A program made the position numbers and the translations under genes. Below, one piece after another: positions 25,411 to 34,537 of a stretch of DNA of 64,000 bases. The notes beneath the pieces are model-generated. The model saw nothing but the letters and a program-made list of their open reading frames with translations, was not told the DNA's origin and did no database searches. This stretch comes from a virus. The DNA lies in the IMG/VR virus record IMGVR_UViG_3300027503_000009; one strand, given 5' to 3'. Position 1 is the stretch's first letter, and every line of letters starts with the position of its first letter.

Positions 25411-25577
25411 TGTTTAATCCTACTCATGTAATAATTATTTGATCTTGATAGTACCATACAATCTTCTCCAGAAGAAGATATAAATTTTCCTTCAGGTGTG
25501 CGTGAAGTTTTTCTTGAATCTGTACCAGATTTTGATTTAGTAAAATGAAGTATATTTTTAGGTTTTGATCGTTTCAT
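25407..25577 (-). CDS. 56-aa basic Ser-rich peptide
   Basis: MKRSKPKNILHFTKSKSGTDSRKTSR...; fills the gap between two coupled ORFs. Confidence 0.55.
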   Translation of the reverse strand: MKRSKPKNILHFTKSKSGTDSRKTSRTPEGKFISSSGEDCMVLSRSNNYYMSRIKQ

Positions 25578-25784
25578 TTAAATCTCCACTGGAATTAATT
25601 CTTCCTCAAGTATCCAACAAAATTGTAGATTAAAATCATCACGAAGACAATAAAAATTTTCTGACTTTTCTGTACCTGGAATTTGTTTTGTTTTTACAAC
25701 AATGTAAACGCTATGAGGATTCATCAGCATTGTACTTGCTACTTTAGGAATTACTTTTACTTTGTCTGCGATTCTGTATTTCAT
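25578..25784 (-). CDS. small SH3-like hypothetical protein
   Basis: KY.I.DKVKV...E.EL pattern. Confidence 0.6.
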   Translation of the reverse strand: MKYRIADKVKVIPKVASTMLMNPHSVYIVVKTKQIPGTEKSENFYCLRDDFNLQFCWILEEELIPVEI

Positions 25785-25786
25785 AC

Positions 25787-26722
25787 TTACATTGTAGCAG
25801 AATCAGAAAGCTTTGTCAAGCTCTCTTCATACATTTTTTGATAAGCAAACAAAGCTTTTTCCTTAGACTTGAGTTCAAGATCAATGTCAAGAGGCATTTC
25901 ATAGGTGTTCATGATAGATGTTGCATAATCAGAATGCGCCCGTGGATTGCAGGAAATACTTTCATGCAAAGCTTTAGATTCGCTGTAATGGAATAGTGGC
26001 TTAGTCTCACCCCATGTAGCATAAGAAAGATGAAATGCAAGAGATTCAGACAAATTATCTTGATGAAAACTATGGTGGAAATAGTCAAATGTGATTGGAG
26101 TATGAATATAAGAAAAAATATGCTTGAACAACTGATTAACAGAAAATGCAGAAGCTTTGTCATCATTCTCAACAACAAGACGCTTCTTGGTCTTTTCGTT
26201 AAGACGATAAAAATTAGTAATGAAGTTGTCGATAACTTTCTGAGAAAAATTCATACCAACATGGATGTTGAGGCAGTGATAATGATTGGCAGGAAAACCC
26301 ATCAACTCAAAAACTTCGTTGTGATGATGAAGATCATGAATGGAATTGTCAACAACATTCTGCTTGTCAGAACCTAGCTTGACAAAATGATCTGGATGTG
26401 CAGTTACACGAATACCAGCACGTTTAGCAATATCACCAGCAAAACGAAGATTGTAAGAAATTTCAGCAAAATCAGGAAGATCTTCTAGCTTGTACTTGGA
26501 GTTCCAAGGAAATAGATCGGAAGACAAACGAAACACCTTGATGTTGTTGCGTTGATTCCAAAGCATGATCTGGATAAGATCAAGAGTATTCTTGTATGCA
26601 AGCTCAGATGCATAGGCAATACCACGCTCATTAAACGTAGCTTCTCGCATGGTGCGATTGGTAGTAATACCTTTGTCGGATAGTTCCAGATTAATGCAGC
26701 AGTAACCAAATTGAGTGTTCAT
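25787..26722 (-). CDS. uvsE: UV DNA damage endonuclease (UVDE)
   Basis: GYCCIN, FRLSSDLFP, HP..F, NIHVG, LVVENDDK, FDYFHH, AHSD, E.K.KE.A. Confidence 0.95.
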   Translation of the reverse strand: MNTQFGYCCINLELSDKGITTNRTMREATFNERGIAYASELAYKNTLDLIQIMLWNQRNNIKVFRLSSDLFPWNSKYKLEDLPDFAEISYNLRFAGDIAKRAGIRVTAHPDHFVKLGSDKQNVVDNSIHDLHHHNEVFELMGFPANHYHCLNIHVGMNFSQKVIDNFITNFYRLNEKTKKRLVVENDDKASAFSVNQLFKHIFSYIHTPITFDYFHHSFHQDNLSESLAFHLSYATWGETKPLFHYSESKALHESISCNPRAHSDYATSIMNTYEMPLDIDLELKSKEKALFAYQKMYEESLTKLSDSATM

Positions 26723-26840
26723 GAATACATAATATCACAAATTTTTGAATTTGTCAATAAAAAAGCGGAGGAAAACATCTTCCTCCGCTGAGTTATTTTA
26801 GTTTATGTCTAATTTACAATCTTTCATTATTTATAATAGT

Positions 26841-27884
26841 TTAAATTTCACCCTTCTCAAGCATCATGGCAAGTTTATCTGGATTCATCTTTTGCAGATA
26901 ATCTTTCATATTTTTTACTTTTTTGTCATACATGGCATATAGAGGTGAAGTAAACTTTGTATGTGACATTACTTTTGATACAAATTCTGCTTTTGTTGAT
27001 GTATTTTTCATACAAACTTCAAATATCTTGTCATACTTAGAACAAATTGAATTTATCATTTTTTTCATTTCTCTATATAAATCTGAAATTTCCGGAAATT
27101 CTTCGACAAATTCATCTTTTTCTTTTATTGCCATCACAATACCTTTTTTGAAATCAAATGATTCAACAAAGTCTTGCAGTTTTCTAAAGTTTTTATTTTT
27201 AATTTTAATTTTTCTGTTTTTTGAATCTATTACAATTAATCCTTCAATTTCTTTTGGATCTGAATTTTGTACAAATTCTTGTGCTTCTTGTATTGTATTA
27301 AATTTAAATGTTTTTGGAAGCATGTGTTCAAAACATTCAAATCTAGTTTCTTCCAATGTAACTTTATTAATAGCTGTTATGAAATATATTTTAACAGTGT
27401 TTGTGTTTACAATTTTTTTGTTGAATGGTGATATTATTTCAAATGTGTAGGTGTAACAAGGATCAAGTAAACTAATATATTTTTGTGGAAAGTATTTAAA
27501 GAATAATTTTTCTATTTTTGGTTCTTGGACATCATATTTTGTTGATAAGTGCCATTTTTCTTTATGGTTCCACAGATAAACAGTTGTACCATCAATTTTC
27601 TCTTCATATCTTAAACGTTTAGATGAGAAAATAGGTTTTGCATGAATTACTTTAGGTGTTGCTGCTATGATTGGAAAATTTTTATCATCAACATCAAGAA
27701 TTATTCCAGAACAATTATCAATAATTTCATTTGGTTCTGAATTATTATCATAGAGACAAAACTGAAATAAGTTAGAATAATCATTATGACTTTGAACAGA
27801 TACATTTCTATTTTGAAAGAAGTCTAGTTTCTGCTTAAAGTTAGTTTCAGTATCAGCTAGGTAATTTTGTAGTTCATTTTTCAT
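26841..27884 (-). CDS. RNA ligase, T4 Rnl1-like (divergent)
   Basis: EEKIDGT motif I, YTFEIISP.N.IV, EGLIV, KIK. Confidence 0.75.
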   Translation of the reverse strand: MKNELQNYLADTETNFKQKLDFFQNRNVSVQSHNDYSNLFQFCLYDNNSEPNEIIDNCSGIILDVDDKNFPIIAATPKVIHAKPIFSSKRLRYEEKIDGTTVYLWNHKEKWHLSTKYDVQEPKIEKLFFKYFPQKYISLLDPCYTYTFEIISPFNKKIVNTNTVKIYFITAINKVTLEETRFECFEHMLPKTFKFNTIQEAQEFVQNSDPKEIEGLIVIDSKNRKIKIKNKNFRKLQDFVESFDFKKGIVMAIKEKDEFVEEFPEISDLYREMKKMINSICSKYDKIFEVCMKNTSTKAEFVSKVMSHTKFTSPLYAMYDKKVKNMKDYLQKMNPDKLAMMLEKGEI

Positions 27885-27893
27885 AGTTAGGTT

Positions 27894-27901
27894 TATAAAT
27901 A
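27894..27901 (+). promoter_or_regulatory. T4-type late promoter
   Basis: TATAAATA upstream of 27927. Confidence 0.7.
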
Positions 27902-27926
27902 TTTAGTATAACAAAAAGGGGATTAG

Positions 27927-29099
27927 ATGGCCTTTAACGAACTAGGATTTATATACGAAGGTTTATATGCTGTTTGTGCGGCACATTATAGTACAAGTAA
28001 TTTAGTTTTCGAAAATGATTATGAAATAATTAATCTTTCACCAAAAACTACACTAGATGGTGGTTATAATAAAAATTCTATTTTGGAAACTTTAAAATTT
28101 TTATCAAATAATGTTGAAGAATACACCGGACAAGGATTAATTTTAACTGATAACTTTCTTGTTAAGAAAAAAGGAACTGAGCTTACAGATAACAAATATT
28201 TACGCTGTAAGTTAAAAATCAAATTACCTAAAGGAACTATCTTTTTTGCTAAAAATAAAAAATTAAGAAAGTCAATGAGTTATGCAAAAGAAGAAATATT
28301 TAATTTCTTAATTAACAGATTTCCATCAAGTATTATTTCAAACAAAATTAAAAATACTTTAATTTCTTACGTTGAGGATGAAATGATAAATTTAGTTGAG
28401 ATACATATTTCAACTACCGGAAATATACAAAAAATTAAAAATGAAGAAAATAATATTAATAAACTTTTAAAAAAATCAGATTTAGTGGTGAATTTTAAGA
28501 CAAATAAAGGTTATAAATTAACAAGTATGAATTTGAGTGAGGAAGCACCATCTTATAAATTAAATCAATTATTTAATATTTTATCAAAAGATTCATTGTT
28601 AGATGAAATTGAAGTTTCTTTAAAACTAACTTCCAGTTCTTCTTTGAATAAGAGAATACACAATACAAATAAAAAACAATTATATAAAGATTTTGGTTAT
28701 AGTAACAATTTATCTAAATCTTTTGATGAAATATTAAATGAAACTAGATCATTGTGGCTATCAAAATTGCAATATTTTTTATTTGGTATTTCTATAGACA
28801 ACATAATATATAATTCATTAAAAATAAATATAGTTAAAAAAAATATTAATCTAGATAAAAATCAGAAAAATTATATTAAAGAATTTTCATTTAATAGTTT
28901 TATAGATTATATGAAAAAACTAAATGACATCAATAAACTTTCTTACACAAAAAAAGAAAATTCTTATAACATAAATTATAATTCAAATTTACTTTATCAA
29001 ATAAAATTTATCGGTAATGATGTTAAAATTGAAATAAGTTCTTTTCTGATAAAAGAACTAACTAATAATATGAAAAAAATTATTGATAGTCATAACTAA
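27927..29099 (+). CDS. hypothetical protein, possible PD-(D/E)xK nuclease
   Basis: 390 aa, very AT-rich; N-terminal G..EG, KSDLVV, EVSLK. Confidence 0.5.
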   Translation: MAFNELGFIYEGLYAVCAAHYSTSNLVFENDYEIINLSPKTTLDGGYNKNSILETLKFLSNNVEEYTGQGLILTDNFLVKKKGTELTDNKYLRCKLKIKLPKGTIFFAKNKKLRKSMSYAKEEIFNFLINRFPSSIISNKIKNTLISYVEDEMINLVEIHISTTGNIQKIKNEENNINKLLKKSDLVVNFKTNKGYKLTSMNLSEEAPSYKLNQLFNILSKDSLLDEIEVSLKLTSSSSLNKRIHNTNKKQLYKDFGYSNNLSKSFDEILNETRSLWLSKLQYFLFGISIDNIIYNSLKINIVKKNINLDKNQKNYIKEFSFNSFIDYMKKLNDINKLSYTKKENSYNINYNSNLLYQIKFIGNDVKIEISSFLIKELTNNMKKIIDSHN

Positions 29100-29100
29100 T

Positions 29101-29307
29101 ATGACAATACAACTAAATCCACCCATTCCATTAATCACACCAAAAGGAAAAGGTTGGGCATATTTCCTAATTGATCGTTCCCAAGAACATGATTTGGAAT
29201 GGGTGGTTTTTATTGATAGTTCAGGTGAATGTTGGACTTTTAGAAATCAAGAAATTAGAATTCAAAACAACATCACAATGGGAAGAACTAATTTACATCA
29301 AAATTAA
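29101..29307 (+). CDS. conserved hypothetical phage protein
   Basis: QLNPPIP..TPKG.G.A..LID...EHDL.WV. Confidence 0.8.
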   Translation: MTIQLNPPIPLITPKGKGWAYFLIDRSQEHDLEWVVFIDSSGECWTFRNQEIRIQNNITMGRTNLHQN

Positions 29308-29590
29308 TCTTTTTCATTTCTCTTAAAACTTCAATTTCATAATCTACAGTTTCAACCTCTACACTGAAGTATGAAATAAATACGCCAATTAAACAAATTA
29401 TATTAACAATTAAACATCCAATTAATAATGCAGAATTTTCTTTTAGAATAATTACCATTAAAATAGCTGTTGTTAAAGCTGACATTAAACAATGCTTAAA
29501 AAGCATTCCAATAAATTTGGTTAATGCTTTTGTTCTAATATCTTCTAAATCTTGTTCTGTTAACTTCTTAACATCATTCAAGTTCATCAT
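29288..29590 (-). CDS. membrane protein (2 TM)
   Basis: two hydrophobic segments. Confidence 0.7.
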   Translation of the reverse strand: MMNLNDVKKLTEQDLEDIRTKALTKFIGMLFKHCLMSALTTAILMVIILKENSALLIGCLIVNIICLIGVFISYFSVEVETVDYEIEVLREMKKINFDVN

Positions 29591-29978
29591 AATCTTTTAT
29601 CTCCAATCCATATTCTAAAAATACATCATTCCATCTTTCAAAACTTTCTGAGTGACTCATTTTACCTATTGTCATATACTGATAGGCATGAATCATTTCA
29701 TGAGCTAAAATACTGATGAAAAAACAAAAACTGGGAAATGATTTGGACAATTCCAAATTTAATATTTTTTCTTTCTTACATTCACCTTTACACAATCCCC
29801 AATGATACTTATCTGACTTAATGTTTATTTTATTAAATTCAGGTAAAGTATCATTGAAGAATAATGTGTTCAGTTTTTTAAACCACTTTTTTATTTTTCT
29901 TTCTGTTGGGTGGTACAACCTTGGTTTCGACTTCAACTGCTTTTTCAGTTGGTATTTGTACAGATTCTTCCTTTCCAT
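29574..29978 (-). CDS. SprT-like zinc metalloprotease domain protein
   Basis: N..FF...LP, HEMIH, H...F. Confidence 0.8.
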   Translation of the reverse strand: MERKNLYKYQLKKQLKSKPRLYHPTERKIKKWFKKLNTLFFNDTLPEFNKINIKSDKYHWGLCKGECKKEKILNLELSKSFPSFCFFISILAHEMIHAYQYMTIGKMSHSESFERWNDVFLEYGLEIKDYDELE

Positions 29979-30408
29979 TTTGTTCCTTTAATGGCACAGG
30001 AAGCATTAGTTCAGGAAAAACAGAATTTAAAAATACATTATCAACATCTTTCAAAGAAAATTTCTTAGTCAAAACACTTTCCAAAAGCTTTGCTTCCGAT
30101 GGGCTAATTGACTCTAGAATTTGTGCTAGAATCATTTTCTTTCTGTTGATATTAACGTTTCTATAAATTCTTGTGAAAATATATAAACGTCTATATTCTT
30201 TTTGAAGAGAACCATAACTTAAACCAATAGGACTAGAATCTGGTTTGTATGTTGGAATTTCTGTATCAAACTGAATTCTATTATCTAAACCATAACGTAA
30301 AATGGTTAATAGGGCAGGAGTTTTATTTTGGAGTAGAATTTTCTTTTTATCATCTAATGATGCAGCCTTATTAACTGCATCAAATACTTCTGATAACATC
30401 AATGTCAT
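29878..30408 (-). CDS. conserved T4-like phage protein (rnh neighbour)
   Basis: SEV...V.K...KK..L, QILE.I...EA.LL. Confidence 0.75.
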   Translation of the reverse strand: MTLMLSEVFDAVNKAASLDDKKKILLQNKTPALLTILRYGLDNRIQFDTEIPTYKPDSSPIGLSYGSLQKEYRRLYIFTRIYRNVNINRKKMILAQILESISPSEAKLLESVLTKKFSLKDVDNVFLNSVFPELMLPVPLKEQNGKEESVQIPTEKAVEVETKVVPPNRKKNKKVV

Positions 30409-30455
30409 AATTATCCTTGAGGTGGGAATTAAGTGAATTTAATCACTATTTATTT

Positions 30456-31313
30456 TTAAAAATCCTGAATGTTTTCCATTAGATTTTTTAACTTAGCACT
30501 AACAAAGTAATTAAACATTTTATTCTTATCTTTCACAAATTCTCTGTTATAGCTTTCTAAAACATTTTTCTTGATTAAATCTGGAATGTAATCAAAATCA
30601 ATTAACTTGCGGTTTCTAATGAAACCAGCAATCATCTTTTCATCACAATAATCTTCAGGCTTTTGTTTTAGCCAAGCCTGAAGTTTGTTTGATGAAATTG
30701 GTTTTTGTCGTTTTGATGTAACAAATGTGTCATCATCTGACAGGAAGTTAGGAATACCATCACCAGAATCTCCACGAATAATATGTTCATAAAGAAATTC
30801 TTCTGGATCATCAATATTGATTAGTTTTTTTGCGATTGGATTTAATTGCTTTACATTCTTATATTTCTGCAATTGACTTAAATCTTTATCAGCAGAGACA
30901 ATTAAAATCTTTTCATTCTCATGAAGTTGCTTTACAAGAACTGCAATTACATCATCTGCTTCGGCACCATAAACATCAATCACCTTATAAGGCATGAACT
31001 CCATGATTTCTGCCTTAATTTTGTTTAAAGAAACAAAGAAACTTTCCCAATCCAGTCCGGAGTTATCTCTATCCTTTTTTCTGTTTGCCTTGTAATGTGG
31101 ATAAAATTCCTTGCGCCAATAAACTTTGTTGTCACAACAAATAACTAGCTCACCATATTCTGCTTTGTTGTACTGAACAATGCCTCTAATGGTATTTAAA
31201 ATCATATGACGCAACAAGTCCTCCTCTACCTTAATAGTAGAAGAAGACTTGTTGATATTCAAATTCTGAAATAAATTTGAAATTGCCACCTGATTGAAAT
31301 CTAATAAAATCAT
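30456..31313 (-). CDS. rnh: RNase H / 5'-3' exonuclease (T4 rnh)
   Basis: ILLDFNQ, YWRK..YP.YKANRK, EADDVIA, S.DKD..QL, GD.GDGIPN. Confidence 0.95.
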   Translation of the reverse strand: MILLDFNQVAISNLFQNLNINKSSSTIKVEEDLLRHMILNTIRGIVQYNKAEYGELVICCDNKVYWRKEFYPHYKANRKKDRDNSGLDWESFFVSLNKIKAEIMEFMPYKVIDVYGAEADDVIAVLVKQLHENEKILIVSADKDLSQLQKYKNVKQLNPIAKKLINIDDPEEFLYEHIIRGDSGDGIPNFLSDDDTFVTSKRQKPISSNKLQAWLKQKPEDYCDEKMIAGFIRNRKLIDFDYIPDLIKKNVLESYNREFVKDKNKMFNYFVSAKLKNLMENIQDF

Positions 31314-31615
31314 TCTGTTCTTCCTAAATTACGAAGTGCATAACTTTCCAGGTCTTTAATATGACGTTTAATTGTTTTGTCTGGATCTTTTGGAGCTTTT
31401 TCTAAGTCTAGTCTTGTATAGACTTTAGTTTCATCAAACTTAGAAATATCATAAATACTTTCTACTTTGTAGCCTTCTCTTAGTTCATTTGTAGAAATAA
31501 TTTCTGTAATGACACCAAGACATAGTTGTTCTGTTAATGGTTTTGACCAATCAAAACGATAAACAGCATCATCAATTTCTAAACGCTCAACACCAAGTTC
31601 TTCACTAGTAAACAT
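31310..31615 (-). CDS. hypothetical protein
   Basis: coupled ORF. Confidence 0.65.
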   Translation of the reverse strand: MFTSEELGVERLEIDDAVYRFDWSKPLTEQLCLGVITEIISTNELREGYKVESIYDISKFDETKVYTRLDLEKAPKDPDKTIKRHIKDLESYALRNLGRTE

Positions 31616-31855
31616 TTAATCCTCGAAATCATAATCTCTGGCATAATCGCCGTAGTAAACATAGTTTGTATATCCATCTGGATCTGACTGTCGTTCGATA
31701 TCTAAAGCCTCAGATAGTGTATACCATGTCTTTTCATCAATGTTCCCATCTTGCTTGTAAATTGGGATCTTGCAAATTTCGCCGTTCTTACGATGTGGGT
31801 TAATTTCCCATCCATTCATAATAAGAAATTCTTGTTCCTTAGTTAAGTGACTCAT
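31616..31855 (-). CDS. hypothetical protein
   Basis: coupled ORF. Confidence 0.65.
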   Translation of the reverse strand: MSHLTKEQEFLIMNGWEINPHRKNGEICKIPIYKQDGNIDEKTWYTLSEALDIERQSDPDGYTNYVYYGDYARDYDFED

Positions 31856-31858
31856 ACT

Positions 31859-32986
31859 TTAAAATGCCTTTAAAAGAATGCAGTGTTCGTTTATCCTTCC
31901 GGTTGTTTTAATTGGTTTGGTTTTTAGACCTTCAAAAGTCTTTCTGAATACAATCTTACCACCATTGAGGATTGTTGTCAATACCTCTTCTGGTTTTCTG
32001 AGACGTTTTCCCACAGAAAGATTTTCATCAAAATTTAAAAGAGTTGTGCCTTTGATTTCAAAAGATTTATCTTTCTCAGCAACATAATTAAATAAAATTT
32101 TGTACTGAGTGTTGTAAACCCATAGATTTGTTGCACCAATAATTTTTTCAGGATTAATACTTTTTAGATTTAATTCCTGGAAATTATCCATATATTTTAG
32201 TTTTTTAATTTGCTTTGCAGCGGATTTTGGTTTCTTTGTTCGTGTTCTTTTAACAGGAACTTCTTCAACCTGTTCAGTTACAGCTAGACTTTCAAGAAAT
32301 GAAATTAACTCTAACTTCTTTTTGTATGGAATATGGCTATATGCCTCAATACAATCAGGCTCAGTTGATGTTAATTCATCTTTTACCTGATTCCATCTCT
32401 CTATAATATGTAGGTGAACTTTTTTTGGTACGTTATTTTTTGCTACCCAATCATTATAATTAAAATTAAACTTGTATGATTTATCTATAATGAAAGAATG
32501 AACTTTTTCTTCAAACTCACTAATTAAATTAGAAGTGTGTTCATGTTCTTTTTCAATTTTATAAAGCTGCTTAATTTTGTTCTGCTTTACTTTTTCTTCA
32601 TGGATTAAAGAATGTTCTTCAATTAAATCTTTAATATGAATATTAATCTTTGATAAAGAAGATTTCTGAATAGGACCATTGTTCATGAAAATTCTTAATG
32701 TTGGTCCATAAGGAATAAATCTCTTTTCATTAACTGATTCTAGAATATCAGTATCATCCTGTGTGAAACCAGGATTATTCTTACAGTATTCCAAAACCCA
32801 TTTCTTATGTTGCATAGGTGTAGCATTATAGCTATACCAATTATATGCAGAGCCAAGAATTGATAGTCTTGCTTTATTATGAAGTACAGTTACATCAATG
32901 TCATTCCACTTTGGTTCCTTTGTACCAAAAGGATTGATGATGTCCTGTACACGTTCTCGTTTTTCTAGGATGTCTTCTTCAACCAT
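31859..32986 (-). CDS. conserved hypothetical T4-like protein
   Basis: SINPEKIIGA..LWVYNT, KGTT...FD...S..K.LRKP, GRIN...ILLK. Confidence 0.8.
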   Translation of the reverse strand: MVEEDILEKRERVQDIINPFGTKEPKWNDIDVTVLHNKARLSILGSAYNWYSYNATPMQHKKWVLEYCKNNPGFTQDDTDILESVNEKRFIPYGPTLRIFMNNGPIQKSSLSKINIHIKDLIEEHSLIHEEKVKQNKIKQLYKIEKEHEHTSNLISEFEEKVHSFIIDKSYKFNFNYNDWVAKNNVPKKVHLHIIERWNQVKDELTSTEPDCIEAYSHIPYKKKLELISFLESLAVTEQVEEVPVKRTRTKKPKSAAKQIKKLKYMDNFQELNLKSINPEKIIGATNLWVYNTQYKILFNYVAEKDKSFEIKGTTLLNFDENLSVGKRLRKPEEVLTTILNGGKIVFRKTFEGLKTKPIKTTGRINEHCILLKAF

Positions 32987-32992
32987 AAGCTC

Positions 32993-33185
32993 ATTATAGC
33001 AAAGACTATTTAGGTTGTCAAGAAAAATATTTTTAAACTTTTTTGACTAAACACTTGACAACTTACATTTTCTGTGCTATAATAAGAGTGTCGTTGACAG
33101 AGATAATATATTTAATATTAGTAGCAAAAAAATATATAAAAAATATAAAAAAGTTCTTGACAAACTCGTATTCTGATGCTATACT
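32993..33185. promoter_or_regulatory. divergent promoter hub (one leftward, two or three rightward sigma70 promoters)
   Basis: leftward TTGACA-17-TATAAT; rightward TTGACA-17-TATAAT (from 33055) and TTGACA-17-TATACT (from 33157). Confidence 0.8.
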
Positions 33186-33241
33186 GGTATCATAGTGGTT
33201 GAACACCACAATTAAACTTATAACAAAGGAAAAACAAAAAA

Positions 33242-33475
33242 ATGAATACAACTGCAACAACTACAACTCCCTTCCGTAAGGGTTCACAGAACTCACGTCT
33301 TCTAAACGCTCTAACAAGAGGTCAGAAGATTTCTGCTTCTCAGGCACGTTCACGTTTTGGTATTACCAACGTTTCTGCCCGTGTTCGTGAGATGCGTAGT
33401 AAGGGTGTTAACATTGTTACAAATTACAAGACCTATAATGATGGTACTCGTAAGGCATTTTATACTCTAGGCTAA
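33242..33475 (+). CDS. small winged-helix DNA-binding protein
   Basis: ISASQARSRFGITNVSARVREMR..G..I...Y.LG; followed by a terminator. Confidence 0.8.
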   Translation: MNTTATTTTPFRKGSQNSRLLNALTRGQKISASQARSRFGITNVSARVREMRSKGVNIVTNYKTYNDGTRKAFYTLG

Positions 33476-33481
33476 ATAACA

Positions 33482-33507
33482 GGGGGGTGTAAAAGCCCCC
33501 CTTTTTT
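33482..33507 (+). terminator. intrinsic terminator
   Basis: gggggg...cccccc-tttttt. Confidence 0.75.
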
Positions 33508-33509
33508 AT

Positions 33510-33995
33510 ATGATAGAAACAATTGAATGGGATAATTATTTTTTAAATTTATTACCCCATATTTCAAAAAAATCAAAAGACACAACGAAAACCTCTGCTA
33601 TCATTGTAGGTCCAGATCACGCAATAAGATCAACTGGATATAATGGTATGCCAAGAGGTTTTAATGATTTAGATTTAAATAAATGGGAAAAACCAGAGAA
33701 ATATTATTGGGTGGAACATGCTGAAAGAAATGCGATCTATAATGCATCAAGAATGGGTACTAGTACTTATGGCTGTACTATGTATGCTTCTCATTTCCCG
33801 TGTGTGGACTGTGCTAGAGGAATTGTACAGTCTGGTATTTTAAGAGTTGTTTTAATGAAGGAAAATCTTCATCATTTTAGACATCAGACTTCAAAATATT
33901 TTGAACATGAAAATAAAACTATTGAAATTTTCAATTCATGTGGTGTGATGTTTGATATTTTACCTTTAAATGTTGACAATGAATGGGCAGTATAG
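33510..33995 (+). CDS. cd: dCMP deaminase
   Basis: STGYNG.PRG, HAERNAI, FPCVDCAR.I.QSGI. Confidence 0.92.
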   Translation: MIETIEWDNYFLNLLPHISKKSKDTTKTSAIIVGPDHAIRSTGYNGMPRGFNDLDLNKWEKPEKYYWVEHAERNAIYNASRMGTSTYGCTMYASHFPCVDCARGIVQSGILRVVLMKENLHHFRHQTSKYFEHENKTIEIFNSCGVMFDILPLNVDNEWAV

Positions 33996-34007
33996 TATAC
34001 TTGGATT

Positions 34008-34226
34008 ATGGAAATGACAACTGGAATTATTCTATCACTAACTATTGTACATCTTCTTTTTGTTTTTGTGACTGGTTATTCAACATTTTTTTGGCTTTCA
34101 AAGCTAATGTTGGTACTGGAAGCATTTCAAAAGGGAATTTTTAATTCAATCCCATTTTGGATTGAGACATCAAAGAAAAAGTATAAGGAAGAAATTAAGG
34201 AACTTAAAGGAACTATTCGTGTATGA
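34008..34226 (+). CDS. small membrane protein
   Basis: leaderless promoter TTGACA-17-TATACT-6 nt-ATG; hydrophobic N-terminus. Confidence 0.65.
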   Translation: MEMTTGIILSLTIVHLLFVFVTGYSTFFWLSKLMLVLEAFQKGIFNSIPFWIETSKKKYKEEIKELKGTIRV

Positions 34227-34537
34227 AATATGAAGAAAAAGAAATTCTAGCAGAAGTTGAAGGTTATATTGAAAGTACATATAATGAACATTATGTTCGT
34301 GGAAATGATATTCAAGTAAATGATTTAATCATGGCTATTGGACATGGTGAAGGTTCATACATTTCAAATGCTATTGAATATCTCGCACGTTATGGAAAGA
34401 AAGATGGAAAGAATGTAAAAGATCTTTACAAGGCTATCCATAATATTATTTTATTGATTCATTTAAATCATGGTGAAAAAAATGTTGAATCTACAAAAAT
34501 TCCTAATCGAAAACAACGGAAATCTAGTTCTTCTTAA
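34223..34537 (+). CDS. DUF3310-like phage protein
   Basis: HY, NAI.Y..RYGKKDG....DL.KA.H. Confidence 0.8.
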   Translation: MKYEEKEILAEVEGYIESTYNEHYVRGNDIQVNDLIMAIGHGEGSYISNAIEYLARYGKKDGKNVKDLYKAIHNIILLIHLNHGEKNVESTKIPNRKQRKSSSS

